Virus record (IMG/VR): IMGVR_UViG_3300009151_005798
From: an uncultured virus (IMG/VR IMGVR_UViG_3300009151_005798)
Taxonomy: Duplodnaviria > Heunggongvirae > Uroviricota > Caudoviricetes
Reading direction: 5' to 3' (one strand)
Length of the DNA stretch: 64,000 nucleotides
Positions 39,725-49,368 of the stretch are shown here, one piece after another. A program made the translations under genes and the position numbers. Positions within the stretch are counted from its first letter, which is position 1. The number at the start of each line of letters is the position of its first letter. Below the pieces are notes generated by a model. That model saw only the letters and a list, made by a program, of their open reading frames with translations, did not search any database and had not been told where the DNA came from.

Positions 39725-39969
39725 TGGAAATTACAATTTACAGCAAACAACCTTGTCCCTACTGCGACATGGCAAAGAATTGGTTTAAGAGTAAAAATCT
39801 TACATACACTGAACACAAGGTTGGTACCAATGGATTCACTCGCGAAATGCTAATGGAAGCAGTACCTACCGCTAGAACTGTTCCTCAGATTATCATTGAT
39901 GGTAAGTTAATCGGTGGCTGGGATGACTTGCGTAACAGTGAGTTCTATGCCAACGCAAACCAAGGATAA
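39724..39969 (+). CDS. Glutaredoxin
   Basis: CPYC, RTVPQI, IGG.DDL. Confidence 0.92.
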   Translation: MEITIYSKQPCPYCDMAKNWFKSKNLTYTEHKVGTNGFTREMLMEAVPTARTVPQIIIDGKLIGGWDDLRNSEFYANANQG

Positions 39970-40228
39970 AGTTTATTCGGCCAAGACTGCCAGCCATGTG
40001 TTTATACTAAAAAACATTAGGCGGTGGTTAATTGCTAATTGCAAGAACAGATGGTCTGCTACAGATTACAAAGGTGATCCATTTAATTGGCGCAAGTTGG
40101 CAAAGATTGAGTCAGCCAAGTATTCAAATGAAATGTTTGACATTACAATCATGGTACATTTTAAGAAGCCCGAAGATCTAATGCTTTATCTTTTAACTTG
40201 GCCAAGCGAGGTCTTGCTCATTGACTAA
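39947..40228 (+). CDS. Small paralog-family protein
   Basis: IRRWLIANC...VHFKKPEDLMLYLLTW. Confidence 0.65.
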   Translation: MPTQTKDKVYSAKTASHVFILKNIRRWLIANCKNRWSATDYKGDPFNWRKLAKIESAKYSNEMFDITIMVHFKKPEDLMLYLLTWPSEVLLID

Positions 40229-40242
40229 CTATCTGTTATAAT
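40214..40242 (+). promoter_or_regulatory. sigma70-type promoter
   Basis: TTGCTC-17 nt-TATAAT with extended TG. Confidence 0.55.
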
Positions 40243-40268
40243 ACAACACAACCTAAAGAAAATTAAAC

Positions 40269-41006
40269 ATGAACGAACCTGTAACATTTAATAACATAGA
40301 CGACAAGGGCTATGAAGAAGCCAATCTAGCAGATGTGATTCGATTCAAGATGAAGCGAGATAACAAACGCTTCTGGGCAGGCGATAACATTAGCGAATAT
40401 GTAACTGACGAACATAAAGAAATCTTAATCAAAGAGGCCGCAGAAGCATTTGAAACAGTGCTAGACAGTTTGTTAATTGACAGAGAAACAGATCCCAACA
40501 GCAAAGGTACTGCTAAACGATTAGCTAAAATGTATTTTAATGAAGTAATGGCAGGTAGATATGAACCATCCCCAGATGCAACAGCTTTTCCAAATGATAG
40601 TGACGACCGCTACGAAGGTATGTTGGTCGTGCGTAGCGAACTTCGTAGTATGTGTAGTCATCATCACCAACCCGTTTCTGGTGTTGCCTATATTGGCATT
40701 ATTGCCGCTAATAAACTTATTGGCCTATCAAAGTATACACGGATCGCCCAGTGGTGTGCCCGACGTGGTACTCTCCAGGAGGAACTTTGTAATGATATTG
40801 CTCGGGAAATTAGCAAAGCAACAGGCGCAACAGACTTAGGCGTATACATTCAAGCCACTCACGGATGCTGTGAAAATCGCGGCATCATGGCACACTCCAG
40901 TCTTACACAGACTACTGTGCTCAAAGGTGCCTTTAAGGACGACCAAAGTACAAAGAAAGAATTCTTTGATAACATTAAAATGCAACAAGAATTTGCTCCA
41001 CGGTGA
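40269..41006 (+). CDS. folE: GTP cyclohydrolase I
   Basis: T.KRLAKMY, SMCSHHHQP, GLSKYTRI, LQE, HGCCENRG. Confidence 0.93.
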   Translation: MNEPVTFNNIDDKGYEEANLADVIRFKMKRDNKRFWAGDNISEYVTDEHKEILIKEAAEAFETVLDSLLIDRETDPNSKGTAKRLAKMYFNEVMAGRYEPSPDATAFPNDSDDRYEGMLVVRSELRSMCSHHHQPVSGVAYIGIIAANKLIGLSKYTRIAQWCARRGTLQEELCNDIAREISKATGATDLGVYIQATHGCCENRGIMAHSSLTQTTVLKGAFKDDQSTKKEFFDNIKMQQEFAPR

Positions 41007-41009
41007 ACT

Positions 41010-41531
41010 ATGGACAATGACTCAAAAAACAAATTGAAAGACGTACTGTCTACTATAGATCCTGTTGAGTTCAAATGGGACGAGACCAATACAACTGTTG
41101 GCGGCAAAAATGCACAGGATGTTTCTACCATCACTCTTTCCGGAGACCTGTATGATATTGGTATGAATACCATGGGCAGTATCGACCTAACCAACATTGG
41201 ACTCAGTAACGGCATTACAACAATTGGTGGATCAGGAGCAGGCTTTACTATAGCAGGAAACTTGTCAGCAGGAAATATCAGTTACAATACCAGTGCTTCA
41301 ATTCTTTCTGCAGACACCACTGAGTATGGTAAGACTACAATCAAAACTGCCAAGAACACAATTGACTTAGATGAGCTGGCTGATATGATGGAAACATTGA
41401 AGAAGCGGTTGCTGATCATAGCACCTAACTTTGAAATGCATGAAAAATATCCCATGCTCAAGGAAATGTACAACGAGTACAAAGCAATGGAAAAACTATT
41501 AGGCGGCCCAGAATCGTCGGAAGAAAAATAA
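41010..41531 (+). CDS. Hypothetical protein
   Basis: Low-complexity N-terminus; C-terminal LLII.P...HEKYP.LKE.Y..YK. Confidence 0.6.
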   Translation: MDNDSKNKLKDVLSTIDPVEFKWDETNTTVGGKNAQDVSTITLSGDLYDIGMNTMGSIDLTNIGLSNGITTIGGSGAGFTIAGNLSAGNISYNTSASILSADTTEYGKTTIKTAKNTIDLDELADMMETLKKRLLIIAPNFEMHEKYPMLKEMYNEYKAMEKLLGGPESSEEK

Positions 41532-42049
41532 TGTTAAAAAAATGTTCATTGTCCTGGGGCGACATAGAGTATCTGGCCCATACCATTGTCCGTGATATCA
41601 ATGTGAGTGGTTGGCGGCCTGATATTATCATTGGCATTGATCGTGGCGGATTAATTCTCAGTAACATGCTCAGTCATTACTTAGAGATTCCACATACCAG
41701 TGTCAAAGTGTCGTTGAGAGATTTTGAAGACACCGAATCGTTGTTATGGGCACCAGAAGAAGTGTTGGCTGGCAAGAAAATATTACTGGTAGATGACATA
41801 AATGATTCGGGTGCAACTCAAGCATGGCTTAAAGAAGATTGGGCCAGTTCTGTAGCCGGTGTAGAGCCAGATTTCGTCGACAAGCATTGGCATAAATCAG
41901 TTCGTTTGGCCGTTTTGGTTGACAATGAGGCTAGCGACCAGTATACTGACTATTGTGGTATGATTGTTAACAAAGTTGAAAAAGATGTATGGATCGACTT
42001 CCCGTGGGAGTCTTGGTGGACAAGGAGCACATATGAAAGTGGGATTTAG
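41531..42049 (+). CDS. Purine phosphoribosyltransferase (Gpt-like type I PRTase)
   Basis: IIGIDRGGLI, ILLVDDINDSGAT PRPP loop, WIDFPWE. Confidence 0.88.
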   Translation: MLKKCSLSWGDIEYLAHTIVRDINVSGWRPDIIIGIDRGGLILSNMLSHYLEIPHTSVKVSLRDFEDTESLLWAPEEVLAGKKILLVDDINDSGATQAWLKEDWASSVAGVEPDFVDKHWHKSVRLAVLVDNEASDQYTDYCGMIVNKVEKDVWIDFPWESWWTRSTYESGI

Positions 42050-42446
42050 TCTAGGCCGTTGTATCCGTGACATTGTTACAGATGTTGTTGATATCAACGA
42101 TGTTGTGGTTATTGTGTCTGGTACACGATTTGAAACACAGGAACAACTGGTTCCTATCATCAATGAATACATGTATCGCTCTGGATATTTAGAAGGATTA
42201 GACGAAACAGCCTGCCAAGGTGTGGCCAGTGTGCTGTTCCGAGAAGGAAAGATACATCAACCTCGTAACTTTGGTACATATAGAAGTATGATGCCAGAAA
42301 ATGCTGTATGGGCAGACTTGTTTCCTACCGGTGGACATGAAGATCCAATGGTGCAAGAAGCTTGGCAGACATATAGAGGTATGTTGGGGTTAACTGGTAA
42401 CCGGCCCAACAACAAAGAACGCATCGAATCTAATTGGAAGATATAA
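42033..42446 (+). CDS. Hypothetical protein
   Basis: [30 protein letters not shown]. Confidence 0.65.
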   Translation: MKVGFSLGRCIRDIVTDVVDINDVVVIVSGTRFETQEQLVPIINEYMYRSGYLEGLDETACQGVASVLFREGKIHQPRNFGTYRSMMPENAVWADLFPTGGHEDPMVQEAWQTYRGMLGLTGNRPNNKERIESNWKI

Positions 42447-42447
42447 A

Positions 42448-42771
42448 ATGACTTATGTAGTAACTGAAAGTTGCGTCAAATGCAAGTATACTGATTGTGT
42501 CGATGTATGCCCTGTTGATTGTTTTAAAGAAGGACCAAACTTTCTTGTCATTGATCCTGACGAATGTATTGACTGTGGTGTTTGTATTCCTGAATGTCCA
42601 GTAGATGCTATCGTTGCAGATCGAGATATGACAGAAGAACAAAAACCTTGGCTACCAATCAACATTGAACTTAGCAAAATTTGGCCAGTGATTAATAAAA
42701 GCAAGGCCCCACTTGATACTGCTGAAGAATTTAAAGATGTCAAGGATAAAAAGGATTTGTTAGAGAGATGA
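42448..42771 (+). CDS. fdxA: 7Fe (FdxA-type) ferredoxin
   Basis: [18 protein letters not shown] and [13 protein letters not shown]. Confidence 0.92.
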   Translation: MTYVVTESCVKCKYTDCVDVCPVDCFKEGPNFLVIDPDECIDCGVCIPECPVDAIVADRDMTEEQKPWLPINIELSKIWPVINKSKAPLDTAEEFKDVKDKKDLLER

Positions 42772-43535
42772 ATTTAGAAACATTTGCTTCTCTGATCAGA
42801 CTGTATGATTGTCCGCGACTCAATGAAAAATACAAAGGTATTATTTCATTGCCGTTGGCATTGCCAAAATTTGAATTAGACAATGCTGATGAATTTTGGA
42901 AGATTTGGGATTCGCAGAACGAAACAGTACATCGACAACATATTGACCGTGGCGCGGTTGGAAAAGATCCTGCTAAAGTATCAAAGTTATATACTCAATG
43001 GGATGGGTTGGCACTATACGAAGACAAGTCATTGCTTGATCAAGCGGCATGGCGGACAACAGTATCTAAAGAATTAGCAGATTCTCAACCAACTTATCTT
43101 AAATCAATTTTAGGAATATTACCGTTTACAAAAGTTAGATCCATCCGATTATGGAGCAACCATAAAGTTATTCCAGCACACTATGATGGCAATCTCCCAT
43201 CAAGTATAGATGGTAAAATGCGATTTCCAACTGAGATCCGTTTGATGTTGCATGATGAAAATCCAATTGAAACATTCTACTTGACACTAGCAAATAAATA
43301 TCCTCCGCACACAGACATTCCACTGCATGATCGATACTATGTAAAATTACCAAATGATACTAATACATTTGCATGGAACAATGAAGACTACTTACATGGA
43401 GCAGACTTTAATCCAAAGTATAAAAAAATACTTGTTGTGATCAAAGGATGGGTTCACTTGGGACGATTAGAAAAGTTGCTAGATGCAAGCATAGAAAAAT
43501 ATCCAGATTTTATATTAAGAGAGAAAAATGACTAA
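42768..43535 (+). CDS. Putative 2OG-Fe(II)/cupin oxygenase
   Basis: IPAHYDG...[11 protein letters not shown]. Confidence 0.55.
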   Translation: MNLETFASLIRLYDCPRLNEKYKGIISLPLALPKFELDNADEFWKIWDSQNETVHRQHIDRGAVGKDPAKVSKLYTQWDGLALYEDKSLLDQAAWRTTVSKELADSQPTYLKSILGILPFTKVRSIRLWSNHKVIPAHYDGNLPSSIDGKMRFPTEIRLMLHDENPIETFYLTLANKYPPHTDIPLHDRYYVKLPNDTNTFAWNNEDYLHGADFNPKYKKILVVIKGWVHLGRLEKLLDASIEKYPDFILREKND

Positions 43536-44322
43536 AGTTATCATACAGGGCCAAGGTACAGTTGGCCAATCAACTGAAATGTTTTTGAGAACATTTGTTC
43601 CTGAGATTGAGATTGAATTCAATGATCCAGGCAAGGATGTTGTTGCTGACCCGAGTAGTTGGGCAGTGGCCGACTATGTCATTGTTTGTGTCAATACAGA
43701 TTTGAATGATTCGGAAATATTGCCCGAGAATGATACATCATGCGTTGATGCGGCAATCAACGAAGCATTACAAAATGAATTCAGAGGGAAAATCATTGTA
43801 AGAAGTACCATTGGTGTAGAGTCTGCTGTAAAATTAGAAAAACAGTTAGGGCAAAATTTAATTATTTGGCCAGAATACATTCGTGAAGCCACTTGGAAAG
43901 AAGATAGTGTTAATCCAACAATGGTTGTCATTGGTGGTGAGGCCACAGAAGAATTTGCAAATGTGATCAGCCTGTATAAGGGAACACTATTAATAACTGA
44001 TGCGGTTGAAGCAATGATTGCCAAGTTAAGCACAAACACATTCTTGGCAATGAAAGTTATCTTTGCCAATCAAGTAAGACAACTGTGCGAGAAAAATGCG
44101 GCTTCATATGAGATAGTACAACAGCTACTACAATCAGAGGGTCGACTTGGATCAAGTCATTGGCAAAGTCCTGGTCCAGATGGGCAAGCCGGATATGGCG
44201 GCAAATGCTTTCCTAAAGATGTCAGGACTTTTGAAGCGGCCCTGGTCAAGTCTGGAATACATGTTGACTTGATCCGTGCTATCAGTGACCTCAATAGAGA
44301 AATGCGACCTAATGGCAACTAA
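43528..44322 (+). CDS. Short UDP-glucose dehydrogenase family protein lacking the C-terminal domain
   Basis: GQGTVG, RSTI, PEYIRE, K...NTFLA.KV.FAN, PGPDG..GYGGKCFPKD. Confidence 0.8.
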   Translation: MTKVIIQGQGTVGQSTEMFLRTFVPEIEIEFNDPGKDVVADPSSWAVADYVIVCVNTDLNDSEILPENDTSCVDAAINEALQNEFRGKIIVRSTIGVESAVKLEKQLGQNLIIWPEYIREATWKEDSVNPTMVVIGGEATEEFANVISLYKGTLLITDAVEAMIAKLSTNTFLAMKVIFANQVRQLCEKNAASYEIVQQLLQSEGRLGSSHWQSPGPDGQAGYGGKCFPKDVRTFEAALVKSGIHVDLIRAISDLNREMRPNGN

Positions 44323-44605
44323 CGATTGGGACTCAATTAAAAAAGCATTGCGGTCCATGGGCGATATTGAAAAACATTCGCTTGACACACAGTGGTTAAT
44401 ATGCTACAATGATGGTACTAGGAAACTTGTATTAGATCACAATCACGACAACTTAGAAGAGATTTTACAAGCATTTTCAGATTTCTGCAAAGGTGCTGGA
44501 TTTATCTTTGATGGTTTCGCTATTGTGGACGAAGATGGTATTCCAGTTAACGGATTAAACTCTATAGCAAAGCTCGAGGACGATGATGAAGATAAAGCTG
44601 GTTAG
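44312..44605 (+). CDS. Hypothetical protein
   Basis: LEEILQAFSDFCKGAGF. Confidence 0.6.
   Translation: MATNDWDSIKKALRSMGDIEKHSLDTQWLICYNDGTRKLVLDHNHDNLEEILQAFSDFCKGAGFIFDGFAIVDEDGIPVNGLNSIAKLEDDDEDKAG
44382..44410 (+). promoter_or_regulatory. Intragenic sigma70-type promoter
   Basis: TTGACA-17 nt-TACAAT with extended TG. Confidence 0.55.
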
Positions 44606-45476
44606 TGATTTACATTTGGAATTTTCAGATGTTAACATTGTTAACAATGACAACTGTGATGTTCTAATCTTAGGTGGCGATATCTGTATCGCCCAGGATC
44701 TGCACGACCATCCCGAACCTAACAATACTAGCGAACAGGCGGCTATTGCCAATGGCACCGGGCTAGGTCGCAGACAGCAGGCCGCACAGCGTTTTAGAGA
44801 TTTCTTCAAGCGTTGTAGTTTTCAGTTCCCACATGTGATTTACATTATGGGCAATCATGAATTTTACAATGGCAAGTTCTATGCAGGTATTGATTACATG
44901 CGTGAAGAACTGGCCCGGTATCCTAACATCTATATGTTAGAAAATGACACTAAAATTATTCAAGACCGTAACAGAGACACAGGTGAAGTCACTGATGTTG
45001 TATTTGTTGGTGGTACCTTGTGGACTGATATGAACCGGCGTGACCCTCTTACTATGCATGCCATTGAAGGTATGATGAACGACTTTCGTATCATTCGTAA
45101 TGATCAACGAAACTATGCTACTATGAGTGCGTTGGATGTTGCAGTACGGCACGACAAGACACTGGGCTATATCAAGCATATTGTAAAAGAACACAATGAC
45201 AAAAAGGTTGTAGTAGTTGGACATCACACTCCAAGCTTTCAAAGTTGTCACCCAATGTACAGCCGTGACACATTGATGAACGGTGGCTACCATAGTGAGT
45301 TGAGTGAGTTTATATTGGATCATCCACAGATCAAACTGTGGACACATGGACATACTCATCATCCTTTTGATTATACAATTGGAGAGACCCGAGTGGTATG
45401 TAACCCACGAGGCTATCATCACAATGGTTACAGCGAAGATACAGGCTGGAATCCTAATTTGGTATTGGAGGTATAA
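44583..45476 (+). CDS. Calcineurin-like metallophosphoesterase
   Basis: SDLHLE, GDI, GNHEFY, HH.P, HGHTH, CNPRGY. Confidence 0.9.
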   Translation: MMKIKLVSDLHLEFSDVNIVNNDNCDVLILGGDICIAQDLHDHPEPNNTSEQAAIANGTGLGRRQQAAQRFRDFFKRCSFQFPHVIYIMGNHEFYNGKFYAGIDYMREELARYPNIYMLENDTKIIQDRNRDTGEVTDVVFVGGTLWTDMNRRDPLTMHAIEGMMNDFRIIRNDQRNYATMSALDVAVRHDKTLGYIKHIVKEHNDKKVVVVGHHTPSFQSCHPMYSRDTLMNGGYHSELSEFILDHPQIKLWTHGHTHHPFDYTIGETRVVCNPRGYHHNGYSEDTGWNPNLVLEV

Positions 45477-45691
45477 TGAAGCCAGTTGACCCACCAGAAG
45501 CCCTGTGTGTTTGGATTATAGCCAGCCTCAGTTCAACTGGCATGATGACAGGACATATTCCTTCTGCACCTGGGGCGGCTATCTTCCCGGGCTATTATGT
45601 TAAACTTGAAGATGCACAGCAAGAACAGATGTTATTAGCATTAAAGGGCACTAAGGCTCATGTGTTCCAACTAGACTTTCCAAGACCATGA
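45476..45691 (+). CDS. Hypothetical protein
   Basis: GGAGG RBS; TAATG overlap. Confidence 0.55.
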   Translation: MKPVDPPEALCVWIIASLSSTGMMTGHIPSAPGAAIFPGYYVKLEDAQQEQMLLALKGTKAHVFQLDFPRP

Positions 45692-45891
45692 AAACAAGAG
45701 AACAAATTATTACTAGAATGTGCTACACATGGCGACATGACTATGGACTCCGTAAAGGTGGCGCCGAGGACTACGGCACTAAATTCAGTGCTGGTATGAC
45801 AGATGAAGAAGCAAGGTCATTATGGAATCAAATGGCTCAGATCTTTGATAACGATATTGCACCCTACATGGAAATTAAAAATGGACAGTAA
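45688..45891 (+). CDS. Hypothetical protein
   Basis: ATGA overlap; MCYTWRHDYGL. Confidence 0.6.
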   Translation: MKTREQIITRMCYTWRHDYGLRKGGAEDYGTKFSAGMTDEEARSLWNQMAQIFDNDIAPYMEIKNGQ

Positions 45892-46153
45892 ACTTTACGA
45901 AATTATGAACATTCTCTCGGAGGAATGTGCCGAAGTGATTCAGGCTGTTAGCAAATGCAATCGTTTTGGATTGGACAATATGAAGCCAGGCAAGCCGCTA
46001 ACTAATGCACAGCACTTAGAAGGTGAAATTGGTGATTTACTTGCCATGGTAGACCTGTTACAATCGTTGGGTGTAGTAACAGTCGAAGGCATGGAAGCCG
46101 CGAAGCAAGCCAAGTTTGAGAAACTAAAGAAATGGTCCAGCATATATGAATGA
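45881..46153 (+). CDS. MazG-like nucleoside triphosphate pyrophosphohydrolase
   Basis: EECAEVIQAVSK..RFG, LEGEIGDL. Confidence 0.75.
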   Translation: MDSKLYEIMNILSEECAEVIQAVSKCNRFGLDNMKPGKPLTNAQHLEGEIGDLLAMVDLLQSLGVVTVEGMEAAKQAKFEKLKKWSSIYE

Positions 46154-47015
46154 ATTTAAAGTAAGCGAAATATTTTACAGCGCACAAGGCGAAGGTCGCT
46201 TTGTTGGCGTACCTAGTGTGTTCTTTAGAACATTTGGTTGTAACTTTAAGTGTGCGGGCTTTGGCTTGCCCACAGGTGAAAAGACCACTGAGCCAGATGA
46301 CATTGGTAAAGTGGTACACCTGTACCCAACCTTCAATGACTTACCACTGGCCAATACCGGTTGTGACAGTTACGCAAGCTGGCATCCTGCATTCAAACAT
46401 CTAAGTCCTAACTATAGTGTTGAGCAGGCAGTTGATGCTATGTTAGACTTGACACCCAACAATCACTGGGAACAGAACAATGGTAATGATGTACATTTGG
46501 TCATCACAGGTGGTGAGCCGTTGTTGGGTTGGCAACAATTGTATCCTGCATTGTTAAGCAATAGCCGTATGAGTGACTTGGCCAATTTGACATTTGAAAC
46601 AAATGGTACTCAGAAATTGCATGATGACTTTCATACCTATCTGTTTGAAGAATGGACTAGGTTTGGCCGAGACCGCGACTATCTTACATTCAGTGTTAGC
46701 CCCAAGCTGACTTCCAGTGGTGAGAAATGGTCAGATGCTATTAAACCTGATGTAGTTGTTGAATATCAAACACTTGGTTACACCTATTTAAAATTTGTAA
46801 TTGACAACATCATGGACTTTAAAGAAGTAGACCAAGCAGTCGGTGAATACCGTGCGGCAGGCTTTGGTGGACAAGTTTATGTGATGCCGGTGGGCGGCAC
46901 AGACAAAGCATACTTTTCTAACACAAGACACATTGCTGATGAAGCACTGGCCAGAGGCTATCGTTATAGTCCCAGGTTGCATGTTGACATTTGGTCCAAT
47001 GGTTGGGGCAAGTGA
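46146..47015 (+). CDS. queE: 7-carboxy-7-deazaguanine synthase (radical SAM)
   Basis: EIFYSAQGEG...G.PSVF.R..GCNF.C, GCDS, ITGGEPLL, FETNGT, SVSPKL, LKFV, YSPRLH. Confidence 0.9.
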   Translation: MNEFKVSEIFYSAQGEGRFVGVPSVFFRTFGCNFKCAGFGLPTGEKTTEPDDIGKVVHLYPTFNDLPLANTGCDSYASWHPAFKHLSPNYSVEQAVDAMLDLTPNNHWEQNNGNDVHLVITGGEPLLGWQQLYPALLSNSRMSDLANLTFETNGTQKLHDDFHTYLFEEWTRFGRDRDYLTFSVSPKLTSSGEKWSDAIKPDVVVEYQTLGYTYLKFVIDNIMDFKEVDQAVGEYRAAGFGGQVYVMPVGGTDKAYFSNTRHIADEALARGYRYSPRLHVDIWSNGWGK

Positions 47016-47252
47016 TTGCCGTTTTATTACAGTCGTACACAGATGTCTTCGTTTCACGATAAAGCATTTTGGAAATCAAGATTTCTTTGGAAGCCACGCA
47101 GATGTGAACTAACAGGAAAGTTACTGTGGTTAAGATATGCAGTAGAAGGTGTAGTTATATGGGCAGGCACATGGGCAGGCACAAATGAAGCAGTTGTTGA
47201 ATTTCGTTATCATGACAAAAAGGAACACTTGATATGGCTACTAACACATTGA
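47016..47252 (+). CDS. Hypothetical protein
   Basis: F.WKPRRCELTGK.LWL; start uncertain. Confidence 0.5.
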   Translation: MPFYYSRTQMSSFHDKAFWKSRFLWKPRRCELTGKLLWLRYAVEGVVIWAGTWAGTNEAVVEFRYHDKKEHLIWLLTH

Positions 47253-47581
47253 AAGCGCAAGTACCAGCAGAAGGTATATTGAAGAAAAACGATTGGGGCG
47301 ATGCCATGACCTATCAAGTGGTATGCGAATGTGGTGATGATAATCACGATCATAATGTGTGGATTGAAGCTGATGATACCGGCGTTACTGTAACAACATA
47401 CACACAACAAAAAAGCAAGTGGTGGGCATTGAATCGTTGGCAAAAGATATGGACTTTACTGACTCGAGGATACATTGAATATGAGGCCAGTATTATCATG
47501 CGAGAACAACAGGCTCTTAATTATGCAGAAACTTTGAAGACTGCAATCAAAGATGTAAAGAATTTTAAGAATAGTAAATGA
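47234..47581 (+). CDS. Hypothetical protein
   Basis: AAGGA RBS; CECG...H. Confidence 0.65.
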   Translation: MATNTLKAQVPAEGILKKNDWGDAMTYQVVCECGDDNHDHNVWIEADDTGVTVTTYTQQKSKWWALNRWQKIWTLLTRGYIEYEASIIMREQQALNYAETLKTAIKDVKNFKNSK

Positions 47582-47865
47582 GTAATTTGATTGACATTTT
47601 AAGGATATATAACACTATGGCAACTTGGAAACATCTTTGTTTTTCTAACAATGTTATCAGTATCCTCCCATTGGCTGATGCTTGTAAACTCTGTGGTGTA
47701 TCTAATGCTTTACAAAGTGTTAGATACGCCGGTTATGATCCAAGGTCCTTGATTCAGCCTAAGAATGTTGATTCTAAGTTAGGCCAGTTAGCCGCATTAT
47801 TTAAACCAAAGAAGAAGATTTCAATTGATGAGCACCAACATGACTACCTCGACAGGGCCGGATGA
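47578..47865 (+). CDS. Hypothetical protein
   Basis: ORF in the operon; start could be 47617. Confidence 0.4.
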   Translation: MSNLIDILRIYNTMATWKHLCFSNNVISILPLADACKLCGVSNALQSVRYAGYDPRSLIQPKNVDSKLGQLAALFKPKKKISIDEHQHDYLDRAG

Positions 47866-48037
47866 GCATGCAAACAACACAAACCCATGCGTAGGTATTT
47901 GTGCAACAGATGGTGATGGCATGTGTATTGGTTGTTTCAGAACCGACGAAGAACGACTTGGCTGGTACAGCGAAACAGTTGAATGGAGAGAACAAGTTTT
48001 GATTAAATTAAAAGAGCGAGAAGAAAAATATGTTTAA
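47825..48037 (+). CDS. DUF1289-like Cys-rich small protein
   Basis: NPCVGIC......CIGCFRT.EE...W. Confidence 0.7.
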   Translation: MMSTNMTTSTGPDEHANNTNPCVGICATDGDGMCIGCFRTDEERLGWYSETVEWREQVLIKLKEREEKYV

Positions 48038-48353
48038 CTGGTTAAAAAACAAATTTAAAAGCAAAGAAACAGCAAAGTCAATGCGTGACAGTGCTGAGCC
48101 ATGGGTTAATGTTATCAAAGCACATGTAGATCCAAATAATCCAAAGTCAGGTTACTTTGAATTGGAATGGAATCCTGCCTTTGTTATATTCCTTAGAAAG
48201 AATGGGTATACTGGTATGGCGCCCGAAGAAATCGTAGATGCTTGGTTCACGGACCTATGTCGTAATGTGGGCCAAGATGGACAAGCCACTACTGATTTTA
48301 TAGCAGATAGCGGCCGTGTTGCTACAAACGAAAAAACAAAAAATCAATCTTGA
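48030..48353 (+). CDS. Hypothetical protein
   Basis: EPWVNV, GYFELEWN..F...L...GY.G...EEIVD.WF..LC. Confidence 0.7.
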   Translation: MFNWLKNKFKSKETAKSMRDSAEPWVNVIKAHVDPNNPKSGYFELEWNPAFVIFLRKNGYTGMAPEEIVDAWFTDLCRNVGQDGQATTDFIADSGRVATNEKTKNQS

Positions 48354-48378
48354 CTTTGAGGGTAGCATCTGCTACAAT
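48350..48378 (+). promoter_or_regulatory. sigma70-type promoter, likely giving a leaderless mRNA
   Basis: TTGACT-17 nt-TACAAT; ATG 48385 lies 6 nt downstream with no SD. Confidence 0.6.
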
Positions 48379-48384
48379 AACTAC

Positions 48385-49368
48385 ATGAGCTATTTAATTG
48401 TTGATGCCGCTAATCTTTTCTTCCGTGCCCGTCATGTGATCCGTACTGGTGATCCTGAGGAACGGGTTGCTATGAGTTATCATATTATTCTTTCTGCTGT
48501 TCTTAAACAATGGAAAGAGCGCAAGGGTCGGCATGTGGTGTTCTGCTTTGAAGGTCGAAGCTGGCGCAAGGATGTTTATAAACCTTATAAGGCTCAGCGT
48601 TCAGATGCCCGTGCTAAACACACAGTCAAAGAAGCTGAGGAAGAAAAGCTGTTCTGGGAAAGCTTTGATAAGTTTTATGAATACATTAGCACTCGTACCA
48701 ATGTAACAGTATTGCGTAATCCTGTATGCGAAGCTGATGATTTTATTGCTCGCTGGATACAACTGCATCCCAGTGACAACCATACTATTGTTTCAAGCGA
48801 TGGCGACTTTGAACAATTGGTAGCTCCCAATGTTCAGTTATACAATGGCATTGCTGGAGTGCTGACCACGCACGAAGGTTACTTTGATGACAAGGGTAAA
48901 ACCATTGTTGATAAAAAGACAAAGGAAGTAAAGCCTGCTCCTGATCCAGAATGGTTGCTGTTTGAGAAATGTATGCGTGGCGATACCAGCGACAACATCT
49001 TCAGTGCGTTTCCTGGAGTGCGTACCAAAGGTAGTAAAAACAAAGTGGGCCTACTGGAAGCCTTTGCTGATCGTCATAACAAAGGCTTCATGTGGAACAA
49101 TCTCATGCTTCAGCGTTGGACCGACCATGAAGAAATCGAACATGTGGTTAGAGATGATTACGAACGCAACCGAGCCATTATTGACCTAACAGCACAACCC
49201 GACAACATCAAGGCAATATTGGATCAAGGCATTGCCGAAGCTGTGCAACGAGAAAAATATCCTAGCGTGGGGCCGCATTTTATGAAGTTCTGTGGTAAGT
49301 ATGGTTTACAGAAGGCTTCGGATAATGCTCAACAACACACTGACTGGCTGGCGGCCGGTTATAACTAA
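48385..49368 (+). CDS. rnh: T4-like RNase H / 5'-3' exonuclease
   Basis: LIVDAANLF, SWRK..Y..YKAQR, EADD.IA, SSDGDF.QL, GDTSDNI. Confidence 0.88.
   Translation: MSYLIVDAANLFFRARHVIRTGDPEERVAMSYHIILSAVLKQWKERKGRHVVFCFEGRSWRKDVYKPYKAQRSDARAKHTVKEAEEEKLFWESFDKFYEYISTRTNVTVLRNPVCEADDFIARWIQLHPSDNHTIVSSDGDFEQLVAPNVQLYNGIAGVLTTHEGYFDDKGKTIVDKKTKEVKPAPDPEWLLFEKCMRGDTSDNIFSAFPGVRTKGSKNKVGLLEAFADRHNKGFMWNNLMLQRWTDHEEIEHVVRDDYERNRAIIDLTAQPDNIKAILDQGIAEAVQREKYPSVGPHFMKFCGKYGLQKASDNAQQHTDWLAAGYN

Noticed and set aside
47159..47182. 12-bp tandem repeat ATGGGCAGGCAC x2
   Set aside because: A single in-frame duplication (WAGT-WAGT), consistent with ordinary slippage
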